A DNA stretch of 64,000 nt from the NCBI GenBank assembly GCA_045159875.1, contig CP067995.1:2432001-2496000 (forward strand), given 5' to 3'. The notes under the pieces are model-generated. The model did not search any database, had not been told where the DNA came from, and worked only from the letters and a program-made list of their open reading frames with translations. A program made the position numbers and the translations under genes. The first letter of the stretch is position 1, and each line of letters starts with the position of its first letter. This stretch comes from a cyanobacterium endosymbiont of Rhopalodia gibba (lineage in GTDB: Bacteria > Cyanobacteriota > Cyanobacteriia > Cyanobacteriales > Microcystaceae). Below, piece after piece: positions 58,563-64,000 of this stretch.

Positions 58563-59861
58563 CTATTTATCATTGTTTTGTCGAACCCTTTTTTTGATTA
58601 AACTAGAATTAATTCCATAATATTGAGCTGCTTGGGACATATTAAAACTTAGCATTTCTTCTTTACTGAGTTTATATTGAGCCATAGGTTTAATTAATTT
58701 AATGTCAAGACATTTGATAATTTCCGTTGCAATTGCTTTGGCTAATAAAGGAGGAACAGAATTACCTACCTGACGAAATCCATGCCATTTAGTAACATGA
58801 AATCTAAACCAATCAGGATAAGAATGAAGTCTTGCAGCTTCTCTAACAGTAATACATCTAGGGGTAATAGGATGAATGGGGCGGGGGGAAGTATGCGCTC
58901 CTCTACTACTAGGAGTTCCTGCTCTCAAGGTATTACATAGACTATCACGATCTAACCTTAAAAATCGACTAATAGGTTCTATTTTTCCCGGAAGAGTTTT
59001 ATCAAATCTTTCCTCAGATTTAAGAGTATGTTTTGTTCTTAAACTCGATGTTAAAAGATTTTCTTCGTAGCCTCTTTTATAAGAAAAATCATCGTCTAAG
59101 TTGACTAAAAATCTCAATTGTTTTACGTAATTACTTTGTATTCCGTAATTAACAATAGTCCAATCTCTCTTTTTAAGTTCGGGATAATCATTAACTTCAG
59201 GTAAGTCTTGAATTGCATCCCAAACTGTAGGACAATTAGGCAAACTAGATTTATTTTTTGTTGCTGATTTATGGGTGAAATCATTACTAATAGCTTGAGG
59301 ATAGTTAGGCAAAGTTAATTTCTTCTGACATCCTAACAGAAAAAGTCTTTTTCTACTTTGGGGGACTCCATAATTAGCAGCATTTAAAATTTGATAATTA
59401 GTTTCTATATTATAGTTATTTTGACTGAAAACATCAAAAATCTTTTGCAAGAGTTTTTGATGTTTTCCAATAGCCATTCCTGGAACATTTTCAATCACAA
59501 AATACTTTGGCTTTAACTCTAAAATTAATCGAACAAAATGATAAATTAATACATTTCTTTCATCTTCTAAAAGGCGTTTACCTATCAAAGAAAATCCTTG
59601 ACAAGGAGGTCCACCAAATATAACATCAATGGATCGATCACCAATTTTTGATAGCTGTTTAATTTGTGAGCCAGTAATTTCTTGTATATCCCGACAAATG
59701 GTTGTCCAAAATGGAAAATTATACTCATGAATAGCACAATGAATGGGATCGATTTCTACTGATGCAAGAACATCAAACCCAGCTTGTTCAAAGCCTAATG
59801 TCATTCCTCCTGCACCGGAAAATAAATCAATAGCAATTGGTCTTTTGTGATTAATTTGCAA
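58563..59861 (-). CDS. dcm: Orphan DNA (cytosine-5)-methyltransferase, probably the CGATCG/HIP1-type enzyme
   Basis: DLFSGAGG (motif I), GGPPCQGFS (IV), ENVPG (VI), QSRKR (VIII), GNSVPP (X); LRAGT...RGAHTSPRPIH resembles the M.Ssp6803I family; no restriction gene nearby. Confidence 0.9.
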   Translation of the reverse strand: MQINHKRPIAIDLFSGAGGMTLGFEQAGFDVLASVEIDPIHCAIHEYNFPFWTTICRDIQEITGSQIKQLSKIGDRSIDVIFGGPPCQGFSLIGKRLLEDERNVLIYHFVRLILELKPKYFVIENVPGMAIGKHQKLLQKIFDVFSQNNYNIETNYQILNAANYGVPQSRKRLFLLGCQKKLTLPNYPQAISNDFTHKSATKNKSSLPNCPTVWDAIQDLPEVNDYPELKKRDWTIVNYGIQSNYVKQLRFLVNLDDDFSYKRGYEENLLTSSLRTKHTLKSEERFDKTLPGKIEPISRFLRLDRDSLCNTLRAGTPSSRGAHTSPRPIHPITPRCITVREAARLHSYPDWFRFHVTKWHGFRQVGNSVPPLLAKAIATEIIKCLDIKLIKPMAQYKLSKEEMLSFNMSQAAQYYGINSSLIKKRVRQNNDK

Positions 59862-59875
59862 ATTGTAATTATTCC

Positions 59876-60664
59876 TTAAAATTCAACAATAACCGGAGCA
59901 TGATCACTCGGCTTTATCAATTTTCTTGGCTCAACATCAATAGTGCAACTAATAGCTTTTTTATAAAGTTCTGGGGTAAGATAATGGTGATCAATCCGCC
60001 ATCCGCGATTGTGCTGAAATCCGCCTGTTCTATAGTCCCACCAGCTAAAATACTCCCCTCCTGATGTGAATTTGCGAAAGGCATCTTTTAATCCTAACGA
60101 AAGAATATCTTGTAAAGCTTCCCGTTCTAACGGAGATGACATAATATGATTTTCTTTAGACTTAGAATTATAAATATCTCTATCTTCTAAAGCGATATTA
60201 AAATCTCCACAAATACATAGCTTTTGATTGAATTTATCCAAAATCTTAGCTACATATTGTTTTAGTACTTTCAACCACCTTAACTTATAATTGTATTTTT
60301 CACTTCCTACAGAATTACCATTAGGAACATACAAATTGACAATCCTTACCTCATTTAAGGTTCCTGTAATAATTCGTTTTTGCTCATTAAACTCTTCTAA
60401 TGAAAAATCCTTAATAATAGAACTAAATCCAGTGTTAACATCTTCTAAGGGGTAACGACTGAGAATAGCGACTCCATTGTATGCTTTTTGTCCATAAATA
60501 TAAACGTGATAACCCAATTTTTCAAAAGTGCTTTTAGGAAAATCGCGATCAACTACTTTAGTTTCTTGTAAACAAAGAGCATCCACAGAATTATTATTTA
60601 ACCAGTCTATGACATGGGGTTCTCTAATACGAATCGAGTTGACATTCCAGGTAGCAATTCTCAT
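59876..60664 (-). CDS. xth: Exodeoxyribonuclease III
   Basis: ATWNVNS, LQETK, YNGVAILS, YVPNG, GDFNIA, SWWDYR, GWRID, SDHAPV. Confidence 0.96.
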   Translation of the reverse strand: MRIATWNVNSIRIREPHVIDWLNNNSVDALCLQETKVVDRDFPKSTFEKLGYHVYIYGQKAYNGVAILSRYPLEDVNTGFSSIIKDFSLEEFNEQKRIITGTLNEVRIVNLYVPNGNSVGSEKYNYKLRWLKVLKQYVAKILDKFNQKLCICGDFNIALEDRDIYNSKSKENHIMSSPLEREALQDILSLGLKDAFRKFTSGGEYFSWWDYRTGGFQHNRGWRIDHHYLTPELYKKAISCTIDVEPRKLIKPSDHAPVIVEF

Positions 60665-60936
60665 ATACTATAGTATTCTTTGTAAGTTGATAATGTTGGA
60701 TTTATTTTAAGCTACAGTGTTTCACACACAATTAAAAATTTTCACAAATATAAACTTAAAATTACCTGAATAGAGGTCTAAGTTCTCTATCCTCTAAGTA
60801 AACTAGCAATTGATAGCAATAGAAAAAAAGGAAAGAATTGACAGGTTTTATTTAGTTAGACCCTTTCAAAGGGGTAATGATTTACCAGGAAAACTATAAA
60901 AAAAAGGTCTTTATAAATACTCTAACAAACTTTAAT

Positions 60937-62229
60937 TCAAGAAGCATGAGCTACTGCCATATTACTTGTTAAAAACTTAATAGCAGCTTGGTATTGCAGA
61001 TCTACATCAGTACCAATTTGTTGATAACTAATAGGGTCTTGAGGAACGACTTCATCAGGAACAATTCCTAACCTATGAATATTTTTGTGGTTGGGAGTCT
61101 CATATTTAGCTACTGTTACTGCTAATCCTGCTCCATCAGGTAACTCGAATAAAGACTGAATTAAGCCTTTGCCAAAGGTTCTTTCGCCGACTAATATACC
61201 TCGACTATTATCTTGTAATGCTCCGGCTAAAATCTCACTAGCACTGGCGGTTCCTTTGTTTACTAGTACTGCTAAAGGAGCTTCTGTTAACGCGGAACCA
61301 AAGGCAGAAAAACTATCTCGAATTCCTTGACGATCAACTGTATGAACTATGGTGCCATTATTCAGCCAAAGACGAGCAACTTCAATCCCTGCTTGTAACA
61401 ATCCCCCTGGGTTATTTCGTAAATCCAAAATATAAGCCTTAGTTCCTTGTCGTTCTAAATTAGCCACTGCATCAGCAACATCTTGGGCTGCATTAGCACT
61501 AAATTGGTTAAGGCGAACATAACCAATAGGAATGTTTTGGATTTGATTATCAATATCAGCAAATACCGGACTTAGGGAAATATGAGCTCGTATAATGTTG
61601 ATTTGACGAATGACCTTTTCAGCTTTATAAGGTTTGATGGTTAGAGAAACTTGTGTTCCATTCGCCCCACGCATTTTGCTAGCTGCTTCATCAAGAGTTA
61701 AAGTAGTGGTGTCTACTCCGTCAATTTTTAATATACGATCACGTGCTTTAATACCAGCGTACTCAGCTGGTGATCCTGTTAAAGGCGCAATTACTTCCAA
61801 ATTGCCCGTTTCGGGATTAATATTGATCTGTAAACCTACTCCTGATAACTCTCCAGTAGTACTCACTTGTAAGTTGTGATATTGTCCTGGTCGTAAAAGT
61901 CGAGTAAAAGGTTCATCGAGGGTAGCTAACATTTCGTCAATGGTGTCATAAGTTTCTTCACGATCATGAAGATGTCGTTGGAGAAACTGTTGACGTAATA
62001 ACCACCAATCTTGGTTATTAAATGAACTATCTATGTAGGCTTGATTAACAAATCGCCAAGACTGAAGTAATAGCTTTTGATCTTGTGTAAACGCTGAAGC
62101 AATTGGAGTCCCGACGAAGCAATTGAGCAAAAGTGAAGAAATAACTAGTATAATAACCAAAAATGCACGTTTTTTCATGATAAAAGTAGATAATTGATGT
62201 TTTGTCTTTTTCTTAAAAAAGGTACTCAT
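60937..62229 (-). CDS. ctpA: Carboxyl-terminal processing protease CtpA (S41A)
   Basis: AFTQDQKLLLQSWRFVNQAY...LDEPFTRLLRP..Y.NLQVSTTGELSGVGLQI, PDZ domain, DLRNNPGG, GTASASEI (catalytic Ser), FGKG (catalytic Lys). Confidence 0.9.
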   Translation of the reverse strand: MSTFFKKKTKHQLSTFIMKKRAFLVIILVISSLLLNCFVGTPIASAFTQDQKLLLQSWRFVNQAYIDSSFNNQDWWLLRQQFLQRHLHDREETYDTIDEMLATLDEPFTRLLRPGQYHNLQVSTTGELSGVGLQININPETGNLEVIAPLTGSPAEYAGIKARDRILKIDGVDTTTLTLDEAASKMRGANGTQVSLTIKPYKAEKVIRQINIIRAHISLSPVFADIDNQIQNIPIGYVRLNQFSANAAQDVADAVANLERQGTKAYILDLRNNPGGLLQAGIEVARLWLNNGTIVHTVDRQGIRDSFSAFGSALTEAPLAVLVNKGTASASEILAGALQDNSRGILVGERTFGKGLIQSLFELPDGAGLAVTVAKYETPNHKNIHRLGIVPDEVVPQDPISYQQIGTDVDLQYQAAIKFLTSNMAVAHAS

Positions 62230-62419
62230 GCCAGAAGTCAGAAATGATAAGTCAAAAGTAAAATTTCTTTATCGAGTTAGGTTTGAGAAAAAAGTTTTAT
62301 CAATCCCTATACTTCTTATTTTAAGGTCTCACCGTGCCGAAAGTTTTAGCAAAAATTTTACTGAAAACTTCTACTTTAGTTTGCCTCAGAAATCTAATTA
62401 ATAGGTTTTGTAACAAAAA

Positions 62420-63040
62420 TAGGAGTAGTTATTCAAGTAACCGGAGTAGTTTTTGGCATTATCCACAAAAGTACTGTTAAAAATGACCCGCAAGGAGAAA
62501 TCACAACATGAGTAGACCATCAGAGGATAAAGAAAAGTGTTTTACTTAATCTATCCTTTTAGCATAATCTAATAGGAAGTAGTCAAATTGTTATTATGCT
62601 CTTCCTGCCTCTTTTAGAAAACTAGATTGTTGTAAATTAACTCAAAAAAGTTAAAATTAACAAATTATTATCGTTAATATTCAAGACTACTCCCCAATAA
62701 CGAAAAAAATTAATTAAAATCGATAATGAAGTTTGCACAGCCACTTCAGCCCAATTTCTAGTTTTTTTATAAAAAGCAATCTGAATCGTTCTTAATTTAC
62801 CTCAAAAACTTATCCTAGTGATTTTTAGGAAAAATCATCAATAAGGGAAAGCCATCCTCAGCCTAGTCTTAGCAGAAAAGGATCAAAAGTTTGCTCAAGC
62901 CATGGGTGTAAAATTATGTAAGAGGTCTTAATCCATCAAACTATTAATGAAGCGATTAATTTAGTAACCGATGAAGACATAATTGGCTGATTTTACCACT
63001 GTTGTTATTACGGGCTATCCAATTTAAAACCATTAAACTT
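62420..63040 (+). mobile_element. Eroded IS630 (ISY100-like) transposase
   Basis: HQTINEAINLVTDEDIIG*FYHCCYY resembles the IS630 C-terminus QAITDAL.AVT..DIIGWFTHCCY. Confidence 0.65.
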
Positions 63041-64000
63041 CCCTTTGGGAAGAAGAACAGCCAATGAGCAAAAGCAAAAATCTTAGTTGAAATTAAAATA
63101 TGTTGAAATCGTTTCATTTTTTCTCTTTTTCCACTCAATAAGTTAAATTCCGGTTCACATACTTTTGAGTATTGCCCGTTACCTAAAATAGCGATTGAAG
63201 TTTTATAAAAATAGGAGAGAACTTATAAAACTTTCTTCCTCACTTATAGCTGTAGAAAAAACATAATTATCTATATATTCCGCTAAATTTAATCAAGCAT
63301 AATTATAAAAACTTAACTTACATATTTTCAGAGACAAAATAACTTTTTAATCGAATATTTTTAAGATAAAAAATAGATAACAATGATATTATTTTATAAT
63401 CTTACTATTACCTATTATTTTAATAATCTTGTTTATTTCCTACTCTTGTATCTTTGAAAAACGTTTTTTAGCTTGGTAGTGAACTTAGATTAAGTTCAGC
63501 AATAATGGTCATTATCATAACATATTAGTTTTAATCATTAACCATAACAATATAGGCCATTTATGATATAAATATTTAATATTTATTTTTAATAAAAAAA
63601 CCGATAAAAAATAAAAATATTTTTATTTTATTTATTCTTTATTTAATTTATTTAAAGCAACACAAATACAAAAATAAAAGAGTTTTAAAAAGTCAAAAAA
63701 TATATTATTTATGTTAAAAAATATTTTTACTTAAAGCATTGCTACTACTTTTATAACACTATTTATTTGATAAAAATATGAATTTAGTTAACTTAGCTTT
63801 TTCAGAATAGCTCTAATAAAATTAGAGTTTTAAAAGTTAAAATATTAACTTATAATCTGGTATAATCTAGTCTAGAAAAATTGTTAGCCTAACAAAATAT
63901 TCAATAAAATTGATTATTGTCTATTTCTTATTTTCTTCTCAAAAAATTAGATATTTAGCAAAAATAAAATTTCTCCACTTTTACTTTATTGAGAGTTTTA

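Noticed and set aside
58563..60664. Restriction-modification or Dcm-Vsr system
   Set aside because: The neighbour is a standard exonuclease III; no restriction endonuclease or vsr gene is visible.
2797..61879. Short ORFs overlapping real genes (e.g. 2797-3015, 13373-13651, 20347-20961, 40371-40619, 43928-44227, 45341-45880, 57090-57344, 61634-61879)
   Set aside because: Antisense or out-of-frame shadows of well-supported CDSs, with no recognisable motifs.

Overview
This is an AT-rich chromosomal segment of a unicellular Cyanothece/Rippkaea/Crocosphaera-like cyanobacterium undergoing strong genome erosion. Intact CDSs cover only about 31 kb of 64 kb (~48%, summed by hand). Intact genes include the alaS 3' end, a UPF0182 protein, mlaE, a carbamoyltransferase-SxtJ-SxtK-like trio, sigA, crtE, mnmH/selU, UDP-glucuronate decarboxylase plus ugd, an M23 peptidase, rnj-dapA-asd, tig-clpP-clpX, holA, an orphan C5 DNA methyltransferase, xth and ctpA. 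The gaps hold recognisable pseudogenes (CYP110-like P450, NAD(P)-binding SDR, ABC-class ATPase, hli, metallophosphoesterase, phytase-like esterase, alpha/beta hydrolase, ccmS, bisphosphate nucleotidase, a possible atypical alkaline phosphatase), many eroded IS630-family fossils, and many near-perfect inverted repeats. The pattern fits a non-photosynthetic endosymbiont such as the spheroid body (diazoplast) of rhopalodiacean diatoms; this is an inference, not a proven identity. The most intriguing unexplained element is a ~420-nt multi-stem non-coding region at ~8041-8460 that looks like a large structured RNA. All family assignments come from recalled motifs, not database searches, and pseudogene/IS boundaries are approximate. 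I saw no rRNA, tRNA or CRISPR array.
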